Notes: generated by a model from the sequence alone, not told the origin. A DNA stretch of 64,000 nt from Oleiphilaceae bacterium (GCA_018334495.1 JAGXLV010000004.1:5669-69668); one strand, 5' to 3'; numbered from the stretch's first letter, positions 9,017-19,484 are shown. Made by a program: numbers and translations.

Positions 9017-10478
9017 TGTTTCGCACAAGTTCCGGCCGATGGTAGAAATGCGTAATGGTGCCGTCTCCGAATTTGGTGAAAAAGGCGCTGACCTCGGTGA
9101 TCCGCCGCAACTGGCGGGTCCGGGTGACCGGGTCCCGGATCAATACCTTGATACCGTTGAAGTTGTCCTGGATATTCGAAAACCGGGCCTTCATGGAACA
9201 GGTGACCACGTCGTTCGGATTGAGCCTTAACGCTTCCGCCAGATAGGCGCCATGAGCCCTGATGCCGTCAGTCAGCAGATCCTCACGGGTGTCCAGATGA
9301 TCCAGTTTTATCCGGTCGACAATGCATTTCGAGTAACTCTGGGGGTTGCGCCGGGCAAACCGTCGGAAGGCTTCCCAGAAAAAACTGTCGGTCAGTTCCG
9401 CGAAGTGGTGCATGTCACTCAGGCAGGTGTCCACCCAGTCAAAGGTGTCGGCGTCGTCCAGCACCTCATTAATCGCCTCCCGCAGCAACCAGTCAAAGCC
9501 CAGCGCCGTTTTGTGGGCATAGACCTTGCGATACATCTGGTAGCGGCTGTAGACGAAATCCTCCAGTGCTCCGAGGCCTTTCTGGGTAATGGCCAGTCCT
9601 AGCCAGGGCTGTTCCACATTCCAGCCGAAACGCAGGTTGCTCAGCAGGTGGTCGAGATTGAAGCCGCCGATCGTGACCGAAGAGTGGAAGCCATCCCGAA
9701 GCATGTAATCAGCGCGGTCGGCGTCTATCTCGCCGGAAACGATCGAAGACAACAGGTCCATGACCAGACCCGGCGTCGAGGTTTCACTGAGAGCGCCGGA
9801 TTCGGCGTCGTCGCCCGCTATAAAGGCCCAGAAAGTCCGCGCGTGCCGACAAAACGCCTGGCTCGGAGTCACTTCCGTGGTTTCCATGATGCCGAGCACG
9901 TCTTCCAGAAAAAGCCCGGCCTCGTCCAGATTAACGGATGTCAGTACATCGTAAGCCACCCGAACCGAGTAGTGTTCATGCTCCAGCTCGGTTGCCCGGT
10001 GAGGGTAAAAACGGGTGTAGTCCACGCCTTGCCAAAGATCGTCAAAGCGGCTGGGGTGGGCCATGAGTTCCTGAATACGCCTGACCTGGGTGAACTGGTG
10101 GGAAAAGCTCGAATGGCCGCTGTCGTGCAGGAGACAGCCGAGGCGAATGATCTTGGCGAAATAGTCAATGGCGTCGAGCTGGGTGAGGCTCAGGTCCGAT
10201 TGCTCGCTGAGCTTGCGCTCCCGCAAATAGGCGTCGATCATCGCCCGGAACATACGCCCGCCGACATGCATGACGCCAATGCTGTGGAGAAAACGGGAGT
10301 GGGTTGCGCCGGGAAAAACCAGACTCAGGATGTCGTTCTGACAAATATTTCTCAGACGCTGGAACAGGGGATGGTCGATGACCTGAATTTCGTGCCGATA
10401 CAGTGGAATACCACCGTGCACCGGGTCCATAATCAGCTTGTCGTAGGCGCCCAGTAGATCATTGACAGCACTTCGCAC
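9009..10478 (-). CDS. HD-superfamily phosphohydrolase (SAMHD1/COG1078-like)
   Basis: DPVHG, FQRLR, HSRFLHSIG, LLHDSGH and IDADRADYMLRD motifs; GTG start. Confidence 0.88.
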   Translation of the reverse strand: MRSAVNDLLGAYDKLIMDPVHGGIPLYRHEIQVIDHPLFQRLRNICQNDILSLVFPGATHSRFLHSIGVMHVGGRMFRAMIDAYLRERKLSEQSDLSLTQLDAIDYFAKIIRLGCLLHDSGHSSFSHQFTQVRRIQELMAHPSRFDDLWQGVDYTRFYPHRATELEHEHYSVRVAYDVLTSVNLDEAGLFLEDVLGIMETTEVTPSQAFCRHARTFWAFIAGDDAESGALSETSTPGLVMDLLSSIVSGEIDADRADYMLRDGFHSSVTIGGFNLDHLLSNLRFGWNVEQPWLGLAITQKGLGALEDFVYSRYQMYRKVYAHKTALGFDWLLREAINEVLDDADTFDWVDTCLSDMHHFAELTDSFFWEAFRRFARRNPQSYSKCIVDRIKLDHLDTREDLLTDGIRAHGAYLAEALRLNPNDVVTCSMKARFSNIQDNFNGIKVLIRDPVTRTRQLRRITEVSAFFTKFGDGTITHFYHRPELVRNTK

Positions 10479-10607
10479 GTTGAAACATCTCCATGATTAG
10501 CTGTTGAAAGAAAATCTTACCTTGTTATATCACAGCGTCATGCCAGAATAGCCTTAACAAATAACGCAATACTTCTTTTCTTAGCAGTTCACGGCTGGTG
10601 GTCCAGG

Positions 10608-11801
10608 GTGGTATTCATGACATCGCGCACCGAGCGCATTCTGATAATTGATCCAGACGAGAACGCCCGAGCCGAGCTCGACAAGTACCTGCAGTCGAAA
10701 GGCTTTTACGTAACCGGTTACCCTGACGTGCAATCGGCCCGCAGCTTGTTTTCTGACACTCCGCCTGACGCTATTTTTGTTGACATGACTCCTGCCGCTA
10801 TACGGAAGCTGAAAGGAGATCTGGAAAGTCAGGAAACGCTCATTCCTCTTGTCGCCTATACCAATGCCCACAAGGCATCGGAAGTCGTGGCCGCTTTGCG
10901 TGCCGGCGCCGCTGATTTTGTGCTCAAACCTTTCACCGACAAAGAAGCACTGGATGATGTGCTCAACAAGCTGATCGACCGTATCAGGTTGAACAACTTG
11001 AATCAGCTTTATCGCCTGGAGCTGGAAGACGCCAACAGGGAGCTGCGAGCTGGTATTTCAGAGCTCAGAGCCGACCAGCGGGCCGGCCGCAAAGTCCAGT
11101 TGAAAATGCTCCCGGATCACCAGCAAATCCTTGGTACCGTTTCTGTCGATCACCTGATCAAGCCGTCATTGTATCTTAGTGGCGACTTCCTCGACTATAT
11201 CCGGATCGATGCCGACCGGACACTGGTTTATATTGCCGATGTGTCGGGTCATGGGGCCAGTTCCGCTTTTGTTACGGTACTGTTGAAAAATCTGACCAAC
11301 AGACTCAAACGCAACATGCGGCGGGGGTCCAGTGACGACATTGTCCACCCGGACCGTTTCCTGGAACGGATTAATTCCGAACTCCTGGATACAGGCCTGG
11401 GTAAGCATGTTACGGTCTTTGTAGGGATTATCTCGGAGGATGAGCGGACATTGCGTTATTCGGTCGGGGCGCACTTCCCCATGCCAATTCTCTCTTTTGT
11501 GGGCGGGCAGACCGCGTTTCTGGAAGGCAACGGCTTGCCGGTAGGGTTGTTCGAAAATCCTCACTGGGATGTTTTCGAAGTGCCATTGCGGGGCCCTTTT
11601 CGTCTTATTATGTTTTCCGACGGCATTCTGGAAGTGATCAAGGCCAAAAGCCTTGATGAAAAGGAAAATCGACTACTTGAACTCGTGTCCGGAGGCCGCC
11701 ACACTATCAGGGAATTAAGCGATGCTCTTGACCTCGAACACATCCTGGAGTTGCCCGATGACATTGCCATTGTCACTGTGACCGACGTGGCTCCGGAATA
11801 A
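10608..11801 (+). CDS. rssB: Response regulator with PP2C/SpoIIE domain (RssB-like)
   Basis: N-terminal receiver (DFVLKP), coiled coil, then SGDF and ADVSGHG PP2C-type motifs; paired with a STAS gene as in Pseudomonas. Confidence 0.75.
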   Translation: MVFMTSRTERILIIDPDENARAELDKYLQSKGFYVTGYPDVQSARSLFSDTPPDAIFVDMTPAAIRKLKGDLESQETLIPLVAYTNAHKASEVVAALRAGAADFVLKPFTDKEALDDVLNKLIDRIRLNNLNQLYRLELEDANRELRAGISELRADQRAGRKVQLKMLPDHQQILGTVSVDHLIKPSLYLSGDFLDYIRIDADRTLVYIADVSGHGASSAFVTVLLKNLTNRLKRNMRRGSSDDIVHPDRFLERINSELLDTGLGKHVTVFVGIISEDERTLRYSVGAHFPMPILSFVGGQTAFLEGNGLPVGLFENPHWDVFEVPLRGPFRLIMFSDGILEVIKAKSLDEKENRLLELVSGGRHTIRELSDALDLEHILELPDDIAIVTVTDVAPE

Positions 11802-11813
11802 TGGTTTAAAAAC

Positions 11814-12296
11814 ATGACTGGCTACAAAATCCTGCAGGCCGAAAAACAGGGCATTTATCTTCTGAAATTCATCGGAGAGATAAGGCTGAATCTGTGTTCG
11901 ACCCTGGACAACCTGGTGGATACCATTACTCAGGACCCTCAGTTCAGGACGGTCGTCATTGACTTGACCGAAACAGACATCATTGACAGCACGACCCTGG
12001 GCCTGCTCGCAAAAATAGCCATGGCTGCCGAGAAACGGAGCCACTTCCTTCCAACGCTGATCTCCACGAATCCCGACATTACCCGAATCGTCACTTCCAT
12101 GGGTTTTGACCAGATATTCATCATCGTTAAAGAACCTGCATCCAGGATTGAAGAGCTGGAAGAAATTCCTGTTCTCAAGGCAAGTGAGCAGGAGGTCAGA
12201 GACAAGGTGCTGGATGCCCACCGGGTTTTGATGGGCCTTAACAGCCGCAACCGGGAAGAATTCAAGAACCTGGTGCACGCCCTGGAGTGTGAATAG
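11814..12296 (+). CDS. rssC: STAS-domain anti-sigma antagonist (RssC-like)
   Basis: IDLTETDIIDSTTLGLLAK STAS motif, directly after the rssB-like gene. Confidence 0.75.
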   Translation: MTGYKILQAEKQGIYLLKFIGEIRLNLCSTLDNLVDTITQDPQFRTVVIDLTETDIIDSTTLGLLAKIAMAAEKRSHFLPTLISTNPDITRIVTSMGFDQIFIIVKEPASRIEELEEIPVLKASEQEVRDKVLDAHRVLMGLNSRNREEFKNLVHALECE

Positions 12297-12381
12297 TGAG
12301 CCTAACCCTGACGCGATAGCCAACGGCGTCGATTGGTCAATAATATTTGTAAGCCCAGCCTGACGTTTGAGTGGAGATGTT

Positions 12382-13449
12382 ATGTCTGAGACAACAGGGC
12401 ACAGAAGCCAGGGACGGCCGACGGAAAATCGACAAGTTGCGGTCGTGGGGGGTGGCAGCTTTGGCACCGCCATGGCTAAGGTTCTGGGTGAAAACGGCCA
12501 TACCGCTCACTTCTGGATGCGTGATCCGCAGCAGGTTGAGGAAATGGCAACCCGGGGCTGCAACAGCCGCTACATGCCCGGGATCGAGTTAACCGGCGAC
12601 ATACGCCCGACCACGGATCTGGCCGCTGCGGTTGCGGATGCCGAGATGGTTCTGATCGCGCTACCCAGCAAGGTATTCCGCACGGTTATCCACGAATATG
12701 CCGGCGCATTTCAGCCCGGTCAGATTGTAGTGAGCCTGACCAAAGGGGTGGAAAAACAGGGCTTTAAGCTCATGAGTCAGATTCTGCACGAGGAGCTGCC
12801 GAACGCCAGAATCGGGGTTTTAAGCGGTCCCAATCTTGCGGGCGAAATTGTCCAGCGGGATCTGACAGCCACCGTGATCGCCGCCGCTGATCCGGGAGTC
12901 CGGTGCACGGTCCAGAAGCTGCTCAGTTGCGAGTACTTTCGGGTGTACGCCAACATCGACATGTACGGTGTGGAGCTCTCCGGAGCCTTAAAGAACATTT
13001 ACGCCATCGTCGCTGGGCTTGCTGACGCACTGGGGCTGGGCGAAAACGCCAAAGCCATGCTGATTACCCGAAGCCTGGCCGAGATGAGCCGTTTCGCCGT
13101 CAGTCTGGGTGCCAATCCGATGACATTTCTCGGACTTGCCGGGGTTGGTGACCTTGCCGTGACCTGTACGTCATCGAAAAGTCGCAACTTCCGTATCGGC
13201 TACGAACTGGGCCGCGGCAAAACCCTGGAGGAGGCGGTGGCCAAAATAGGGCAAACGGCCGAGGGCATTTATACCTTGCTGCTGGTCAAGGAGAAAGCGG
13301 ACGAAATTGGCATCTACATGCCATTGGCGAAAGGTCTCCATGAAATTGTCTATGGCCATGCGTCGATTAAGGCGGTTATAAATGGCCTGATGATGTCGGT
13401 ACAGAACTCGGATGTTGAGTTCATTTTACCGCGAACACTGGCTCAATAA
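12382..13449 (+). CDS. gpsA: NAD(P)H-dependent glycerol-3-phosphate dehydrogenase
   Basis: GGGSFGTA, SGPNLA, GALKNIYAI, GLAGVGDL and SKSRN motifs; start moved to the ATG at 12382 after GGAG. Confidence 0.93.
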   Translation: MSETTGHRSQGRPTENRQVAVVGGGSFGTAMAKVLGENGHTAHFWMRDPQQVEEMATRGCNSRYMPGIELTGDIRPTTDLAAAVADAEMVLIALPSKVFRTVIHEYAGAFQPGQIVVSLTKGVEKQGFKLMSQILHEELPNARIGVLSGPNLAGEIVQRDLTATVIAAADPGVRCTVQKLLSCEYFRVYANIDMYGVELSGALKNIYAIVAGLADALGLGENAKAMLITRSLAEMSRFAVSLGANPMTFLGLAGVGDLAVTCTSSKSRNFRIGYELGRGKTLEEAVAKIGQTAEGIYTLLLVKEKADEIGIYMPLAKGLHEIVYGHASIKAVINGLMMSVQNSDVEFILPRTLAQ

Positions 13450-13465
13450 GCTGCGGAGACGTTTC

Positions 13466-13924
13466 ATGCACTTGCTGGTTATGCGTCATGGTGAAGCCGG
13501 CTGGCACAGCCGGGATCACGAGCGTGAACTGACCGAGGCCGGGCGATTTGCCACTGGCATCGTTGCCCGACAAATCGCCGTATCGGGGCAGCGGCCCGAA
13601 GTGATCTGGTTCAGTCCACTGGTCCGGGCCCGCCAGACGGCCGCTATCGTGTCCGAGACCCTGAATTGCCCGATGCAGGAGAAGTTTTTTCTCAAGCCGG
13701 ACGATGATCCTCGGGAGTGCCTCGACGCGCTGCGGCGTGAAGACAGTGAACACTTGATGCTGGTCTCCCACATGCCGTTGGTCGGCGCCTTTTCGACTCT
13801 CATGGTGGATGGCCATCGTCGGGGTATCCCTTTTATGACCAGTCAGGCGGTACTCCTGGATGTCCCCATTATCGACGCCGGTTGCGCTGATATCAGAGAT
13901 CAGTTCCTGCCCGACCCTCACTGA
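13466..13924 (+). CDS. sixA: Phosphohistidine phosphatase SixA
   Basis: MRHGEA, SPLVRARQTA and LVSHMP motifs; start moved to the ATG at 13466. Confidence 0.88.
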   Translation: MHLLVMRHGEAGWHSRDHERELTEAGRFATGIVARQIAVSGQRPEVIWFSPLVRARQTAAIVSETLNCPMQEKFFLKPDDDPRECLDALRREDSEHLMLVSHMPLVGAFSTLMVDGHRRGIPFMTSQAVLLDVPIIDAGCADIRDQFLPDPH

Positions 13925-13971
13925 ATCGATTAACCCGGTACAGGTCCCAAAATACAGTCTGGAGCCAATGA

Positions 13972-14535
13972 ATGACCCAGGATCCAAAAGCTCTTGAAGA
14001 CCAGGTTGCTGGTACTGGCGACGCCGGGAATCCGCCACTGGACCAGTGGAACCCGGCGCTATGCGGCGACATCGATATCCGCATCGCCAGGAATGGCGAA
14101 TGGTTTTTCAAGAACGAAAAGATGCAGCGCCAGGCCTTGGTAAAACTGTTCACGTCTATTCTGCGGCGGGAAGACGATGGCCATTACTACCTGGTGACGC
14201 CGGCGGAAAAGTGGCGGATTCAGGTGGAAGATACCCCCTTGCTGGCCCACAGTGTCGAGGTGACCGGTGAGGGCAGAGGCCAGAACGTCGATGTCACCAC
14301 CAATGTCGGCGAAACGCTTCGGATTGGAAGGGCGCACCCGTTGCACCTGGGAACCTACGCCGAAACGGGTGAGCCTCGGCCGATCATCAGGGTTCGTCAG
14401 GGTTTGGAAGCCCGGCTGGTGACCGCGGCATTCTACGATCTGGCCGGATATGTCACTGAAAAAACGATAGAAGATCGAGACGTTCTGGGCGTGTGGAGTG
14501 ACGGAATCTTCTTCGAATTGGGCGAAGGGGGTTGA
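13972..14535 (+). CDS. DUF1285 family protein
   Basis: PPLDQWNP..CGDIDIRI and LVTPAEK..IQVEDTP motifs. Confidence 0.85.
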   Translation: MTQDPKALEDQVAGTGDAGNPPLDQWNPALCGDIDIRIARNGEWFFKNEKMQRQALVKLFTSILRREDDGHYYLVTPAEKWRIQVEDTPLLAHSVEVTGEGRGQNVDVTTNVGETLRIGRAHPLHLGTYAETGEPRPIIRVRQGLEARLVTAAFYDLAGYVTEKTIEDRDVLGVWSDGIFFELGEGG

Positions 14536-14752
14536 ATTAACCGGCGTAGGCCCTATTTTTACGGTAGAAAACAGAGTCTGACCCTTGTTAGACTACGTTT
14601 TCTGGAAAAGTACCAATGACGGGATCTTTGACGAGATCTGGTGGTACGAGGCCTGGTGGTCGTCAGTTCCTCTGTGCAGTTTGGCTGTTCATGATCACTT
14701 TCGATTGCCGTCATTAAATACATACAGTCATTGCGACACGCAAGGAGATCAC

Positions 14753-15214
14753 ATGGCCCAACCTCGTGTTGTCACCATCCATTACACGCTCACAAACGAC
14801 CAGGGAGAGCAGCTTGATACCTCCCGTGAAGAAGGCCGAGAGCCGCTGTCTTACGTGGAAGGTGCACAGAACATCATCGGTGGACTTGAGAACGCGCTAG
14901 TTGAAAAAGCCGCTGGCGACAAGTTAAAAGTGGACATCGAGCCGGCCGAAGGTTACGGCGAGATTAACGAAGAACTGGTTCAGCCGGTTCCGCGCTCCGC
15001 TTTCGAAGGCGTTGACAGCATCGAACCTGGCATGCAATTCCAGGCTCAGACACCGGGCGGCCCTCAGGTTGTTCGTGTGGTTGAAGTTGGCGATGAAAAC
15101 GTCACGATTGATGCCAACCACCCACTGGCGGGCGAAACCCTACACTTTGACGTGGAAGTGGTTGAAGCGCGCGAAGCAACTGACGAAGAAACCGAACACG
15201 GTCACGTACACTGA
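14753..15214 (+). CDS. slyD: FKBP-type peptidyl-prolyl isomerase (SlyD)
   Basis: VVTIHYTL, EAEGYG and DANHPLAGETLHFDVEV motifs with a His-rich tail; AGGAG RBS before the ATG at 14753. Confidence 0.88.
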   Translation: MAQPRVVTIHYTLTNDQGEQLDTSREEGREPLSYVEGAQNIIGGLENALVEKAAGDKLKVDIEPAEGYGEINEELVQPVPRSAFEGVDSIEPGMQFQAQTPGGPQVVRVVEVGDENVTIDANHPLAGETLHFDVEVVEAREATDEETEHGHVH

Positions 15215-15231
15215 TTGATGGTTCAGGTTTG

Positions 15232-15262
15232 AAAGGCGGCCCTTTTCGGGCCGCTTTTTTTT
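15232..15262 (+). terminator. Intrinsic terminator after slyD
   Basis: GGCGGCCC-TTTC-GGGCCGCT stem followed by a T run. Confidence 0.85.
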
Positions 15263-15284
15263 GTATTGAGAAAAGTTCTGCCAA

Positions 15285-15314
15285 CCCAAAAGCGGCCTCG
15301 GATCCGCTTTTGGG
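15285..15314 (-). terminator. Hairpin terminator after the ETF-QO gene
   Basis: CCCAAAAGCGG / CCGCTTTTGGG 11-bp inverted repeat just past the stop at 15321. Confidence 0.65.
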
Positions 15315-15320
15315 AGTCAA

Positions 15321-16973
15321 TTACATATTGGGATAATTCGGGCCACCGCCACCTTCCGGTGTGACCCATTCAATGTTCTGTGCCGGGTCCTTGATGTCGC
15401 AGGTTTTACAGTGGACACAGTTCTGGGCATTAATCTGAAAGCGTTTGCCGCTGCCGTCGTCTTTTTCGACCACTTCATAAACCCCAGCGGGGCAGTAGCG
15501 CTGAGCCGGTTCGTCGTATTTGGGCAGGTTTTCCTGAATGGGAATAGCCGGGTCTTTCAACTTCAGATGAACAGGCTGATCTTCTTCGTGATTGGTGTTG
15601 GAAACAAACACAGAGGTCAGCCGATCAAAGGTCAGCTTGTTATCCGGCTTGGGGTACTCAATTTTACGGGCACTGGCCGCCGGCTTGAGCGTGGCATGGT
15701 CCGGCACCGTGTCGTGAAAGGTAAAGGGCAGGCTTCGGCGTAGAATGTTCTGTTCCAGGAAAGCGATGCCACCCCCAATGACATTGCCGAACCTATGCAT
15801 TGCCGGGCTGAAGTTCCGTTCAGCAAAAAGTTCTTTGTAAAGCCAGCTGCCCTTAAACCGATTTTCAAAGCTGGTAATCTCCTCGCCTGCCTTGCCGTCT
15901 TTGAGCGCCTCGAAAACGGCCTCGGCACCGAGAATGCCGGACTTCATGGCGGTATGGGAGCCTTTGATTTTTGAACTGTTCAGAGTGCCCGCATCGCACC
16001 CCAGCAGAAGGCCGCCCGCAAAGCTCATTTTGGGCAATGAGTTATAACCGCCTTTGGACAGCGCTCTGGCACCGTAGGAAACACGTTTACCGCCTTCCAG
16101 GTGCCTGGTGATTTCCGGATGCAACTTGAGGCGTTGGAATTCTTCGAATGGCGACATGTGAGGATTACTGTAAGACAGATCCGCGATCAGCCCGACATAG
16201 ACCTGGCCATTCTCAAGGTGGTAAAGAAAGCTGCCGCCTGTGCTGCCGGTCTCTTTCAGCGGCCAGCCGGTGGTGTGGACCACCAGCCCTGGTTCGTGTT
16301 TGGCCGGGTCAATATCCCACAATTCCTTGATGCCGAGTCCGTAGTGCTGGGGATCCTTGCCTTCGTCAAGCTTGAAATCGCGGATGAGCGCTTTGCCCAG
16401 GTGGCCGCGGGAACCTTCGGTGAACAGGGTGTACTTGGCGCGTAACTCCATGCCCGGCATGTAGCTGTCCTTTTCTGCGCCGTCACGGGCCACACCCATA
16501 TCGCCGGTAATAATCCCTTTAACCTGGCCATCCTCGATGATGGTTTCCGCTGCCGGAAAACCGGGGTAAACCTCAACTCCCAGTTCTTCAGCCTGCTCGG
16601 CAAGCCAGCGGCACAGGTTGCCGAGACTGATGATGTAATTGCCGTCATTGTGCATGCTTTTCGGTACAAACGCCTGAGGCACTCTGGTTGCGGTGCTCTC
16701 ATTGCGCAAAACGAAGATATCGTCCCGGGTCACGGGCGTATGCAAGGGGGCGCCGCGATCCTTCCAGTCGGGGAAGAGCTCATTGAGGGCTGTGGGCTCA
16801 AAAACGGTCCCCGCGATTATGTGAGCGCCGATTTCGGAGCCTTTCTCAACCAAGCAAACACTCAATTCTTCGCCGGATTTTTCCGCCATCTGCATGACAC
16901 GACAGGCCGCTGACAGGCCTGCCGGCCCACCGCCGACGATCAGAACATCAAACTCCATTGATTCGCGTTCCAC
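15321..16973 (-). CDS. Electron transfer flavoprotein-ubiquinone oxidoreductase
   Basis: GGGPAG, RYCPAGVYE and NCVHCKTCDIKDP 4Fe-4S motif; GTG at 16973 with an AGGAG RBS. Confidence 0.95.
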   Translation of the reverse strand: MERESMEFDVLIVGGGPAGLSAACRVMQMAEKSGEELSVCLVEKGSEIGAHIIAGTVFEPTALNELFPDWKDRGAPLHTPVTRDDIFVLRNESTATRVPQAFVPKSMHNDGNYIISLGNLCRWLAEQAEELGVEVYPGFPAAETIIEDGQVKGIITGDMGVARDGAEKDSYMPGMELRAKYTLFTEGSRGHLGKALIRDFKLDEGKDPQHYGLGIKELWDIDPAKHEPGLVVHTTGWPLKETGSTGGSFLYHLENGQVYVGLIADLSYSNPHMSPFEEFQRLKLHPEITRHLEGGKRVSYGARALSKGGYNSLPKMSFAGGLLLGCDAGTLNSSKIKGSHTAMKSGILGAEAVFEALKDGKAGEEITSFENRFKGSWLYKELFAERNFSPAMHRFGNVIGGGIAFLEQNILRRSLPFTFHDTVPDHATLKPAASARKIEYPKPDNKLTFDRLTSVFVSNTNHEEDQPVHLKLKDPAIPIQENLPKYDEPAQRYCPAGVYEVVEKDDGSGKRFQINAQNCVHCKTCDIKDPAQNIEWVTPEGGGGPNYPNM

Positions 16974-17118
16974 GTTGGTCTCCTCAAACTTGGCATTGGA
17001 TAAAACTTCGACGCTCGCCGTCGCAGGACTCATATGATACCCAAATTAACCCTGGCAAACGAATCCGGTGCGGACGTCACAAGTGCATTTATGGGCCCAA
17101 GGGTATAGTATTTCAAAA

Positions 17119-17140
17119 TTCAAACAAACGTTTGTTTGAA
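17119..17140. promoter_or_regulatory. PsrA-type operator palindrome
   Basis: Perfect 22-bp palindrome TTCAAACAAACGTTTGTTTGAA containing CAAAC-Nx-GTTTG, between the divergent ETF-QO and etfB genes. Confidence 0.8.
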
Positions 17141-17446
17141 AATAATCGAAGAATTTGGCATTGTAATTATTACTGACGGTCTCCATTCTCCTTGCTATCA
17201 AGCGTATGGGCGACTGTCTGTGATGAGTGGAATCTTGACCCATCGGGGCTTTCGCTTCAGTATTATGGCGCTTTCAAGCGTCCGCCCGGTTTTGAACAGG
17301 CAGGTTTCAGCCTGACTATAATTGTTGACTGGCGCTGTGCCGTTCGACGCAACAGGCGCCCTTTGAGCTGCAAACCCTACTGTTACCGCGTTTGAACAGG
17401 TCTTGGGCGTGAGTTAATAAACCCATCGTAGAAGAACGAGGAATCT

Positions 17447-18196
17447 ATGAAGGTTCTGGTCGCTGTAAAACGAGTAATCGACTACAACGTCAAAGTACGC
17501 GTCAAGCCGGATCATTCCGGCGTTGACCTGGCCAATGTGAAGATGGCCATGAACCCTTTCTGTGAGATCGCAGTTGAAGAAGCTGTCCGTCTCAAAGAGA
17601 AAGGTGTCGCCACTGAGATCGTGGTAGTGACGATCGGTCCCAAGGCCGCTCAGGAGCAGATCCGTACTGCGCTTGCGCTGGGCTGTGACCGGGGTATCCA
17701 CATTGCCACTGACGAAGAAGTTCAGTCTCTTGAAGCCGCCAAGTTGCTCAAGGCTGTGGTGGAGAAAGAAGAGCCCAAGCTGGTCTTCCTCGGCAAGCAA
17801 TCCATCGATTCGGACAACAACCAGACCGGCCAGATGCTGGCGGCGCTAACCGGAATGGGGCAAGGCACCTTCGCGTCCGAAGTTGCAGTTGAAGGTGACA
17901 AAGTTCAGGTAACCCGTGAAATCGATGGCGGTCTGATGACCGTGTCCCTGGGATTGCCGGCGGTTGTAACGACCGATTTGCGACTCAACGAGCCTCGCTA
18001 CGCCTCCCTGCCGAACATCATGAAAGCCAAGAAAAAGCCTTTGGAAGCCATAAGTCCAGCCGATCTGGGTGTTGACATTGCCGCGCATCTGACCACGTTG
18101 AAAGTGGAGGCTCCGGCCGAGCGCAAGGGTGGTATCAAGGTCGCCAGCGTTGAAGAGCTGGTCGATAAATTGAAGAACGAAGCGAAGGTGATCTAA
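17447..18196 (+). CDS. etfB: Electron transfer flavoprotein beta subunit
   Basis: [21 protein letters not shown] and DLRLNEPRY motifs. Confidence 0.96.
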   Translation: MKVLVAVKRVIDYNVKVRVKPDHSGVDLANVKMAMNPFCEIAVEEAVRLKEKGVATEIVVVTIGPKAAQEQIRTALALGCDRGIHIATDEEVQSLEAAKLLKAVVEKEEPKLVFLGKQSIDSDNNQTGQMLAALTGMGQGTFASEVAVEGDKVQVTREIDGGLMTVSLGLPAVVTTDLRLNEPRYASLPNIMKAKKKPLEAISPADLGVDIAAHLTTLKVEAPAERKGGIKVASVEELVDKLKNEAKVI

Positions 18197-19137
18197 TGAG
18201 CATCCTTGTAATTGCTGAACACGATAATAGCACCCTGAAGCAGTCGACATTGAACGTGGTCGCGGCAGCCAACGCCGTGGGTGGCGATGTAGACGTGCTG
18301 GTTGCCGGTGAAAGCGTGGGTGGCGTAGCGGAATCTGCCGCAAAGATTGCCGGCATCAACAAGGTGTTTGTAGCAGACAACGCGGCGTACGGGCATTTTC
18401 TGGGGGAAAACCTGGCTGAACTCGTTGCTGAAGTCGGCAAAACGTACAGTCATATTTTCACTGGCGCCGGTACCACAGGCAAGGATTTTATGCCGCGAGT
18501 CGCCGCGTTACTGGACGTGGCCCAAGTCTCGGACATCATGAGCGTGGAGTCCGAAGACACCTTCGTGCGCCCGATCTACGCTGGCAATGCTATGGCGACG
18601 GTCAAGAGCAATGATCCGATCAAGGTTGTTACCGTTCGCGCCACGGCCTTTGACCCGGTGTCCGGGGAGGGTGGAGATGCTTCCGTCGAAGCGCTCGATC
18701 TGGTGAAAGACGCAGGTCTTTCGGAGTTTGTTCGTGAAGAACTGGCTAAATCGGACCGTCCGGATCTGGCCAGCGCGGACGTGGTTGTCTCCGGCGGACG
18801 CGGCATGCAGAACGGTGAGAATTTCAAGATGCTTGAAAGCCTTGCGGATGTTCTGGGTGCAGGCCTCGGCGCCTCCCGCGCTGCTGTTGACGCCGGCTTC
18901 GTGCCCAACGACATGCAGGTAGGGCAGACCGGCAAGATCGTGGCGCCGCAGCTTTACATTGCGGTCGGGATTTCCGGTGCGATTCAGCATATGGCGGGCA
19001 TGGGCGACTCCAAGGTGATCGTTGCGATCAACAAGGACGAGGACGCGCCGATTTTTCAGGTGGCGGACTATGGTCTGGTCGCGGACCTGTTTGAAGCTGT
19101 GCCCAAGCTCGAAGAAGAACTCAAGAAAGTCCTTTAA
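18196..19137 (+). CDS. etfA: Electron transfer flavoprotein alpha subunit
   Basis: RPIYAGNA, SGGRG and QVGQTGKIVAPQLYIAVGISGAIQH motifs; TAATG overlap with etfB. Confidence 0.96.
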   Translation: MSILVIAEHDNSTLKQSTLNVVAAANAVGGDVDVLVAGESVGGVAESAAKIAGINKVFVADNAAYGHFLGENLAELVAEVGKTYSHIFTGAGTTGKDFMPRVAALLDVAQVSDIMSVESEDTFVRPIYAGNAMATVKSNDPIKVVTVRATAFDPVSGEGGDASVEALDLVKDAGLSEFVREELAKSDRPDLASADVVVSGGRGMQNGENFKMLESLADVLGAGLGASRAAVDAGFVPNDMQVGQTGKIVAPQLYIAVGISGAIQHMAGMGDSKVIVAINKDEDAPIFQVADYGLVADLFEAVPKLEEELKKVL

Positions 19138-19155
19138 CATACTGGAGAGATTCTC

Positions 19156-19437
19156 ATGGCAAAAGCATCTGCCCGTCACCTTCTGGTGGCTGATGAAGCA
19201 ACCTGCAATGATCTGAAAGCACGCATTGAAAAGGGCGAAAAGTTCGCCGAGCTGGCAAAAGAGCATTCGACCTGCCCCTCCGGCCGAAGTGGCGGTGAGC
19301 TGGGTGAATTTGGTCCGGGCCAAATGGTTCCCGAGTTCGACAAAGTCGTTTTTTCAGCGCCGGTCAACGAAGTTCAGGGTCCGGTCAAGACCCAATTTGG
19401 TTATCACCTGCTGGAAGTTACTTCCCGCCAGGACTAA
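19156..19437 (+). CDS. ppiC: Parvulin-type peptidyl-prolyl isomerase
   Basis: ARHLLV, HSTCPSG..GGELGEF and VKTQFGYH motifs. Confidence 0.93.
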   Translation: MAKASARHLLVADEATCNDLKARIEKGEKFAELAKEHSTCPSGRSGGELGEFGPGQMVPEFDKVVFSAPVNEVQGPVKTQFGYHLLEVTSRQD

Positions 19438-19446
19438 CCCCCAGGC

Positions 19447-19484
19447 AAAGGGCCGGGCGGAATGGTAACGCCCGGTCCCTTTCT
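19447..19484 (+). terminator. Intrinsic terminator after ppiC
   Basis: AAAGGGCCGGGCG / CGCCCGGTCCCTTT stem with a T-rich tail. Confidence 0.7.
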
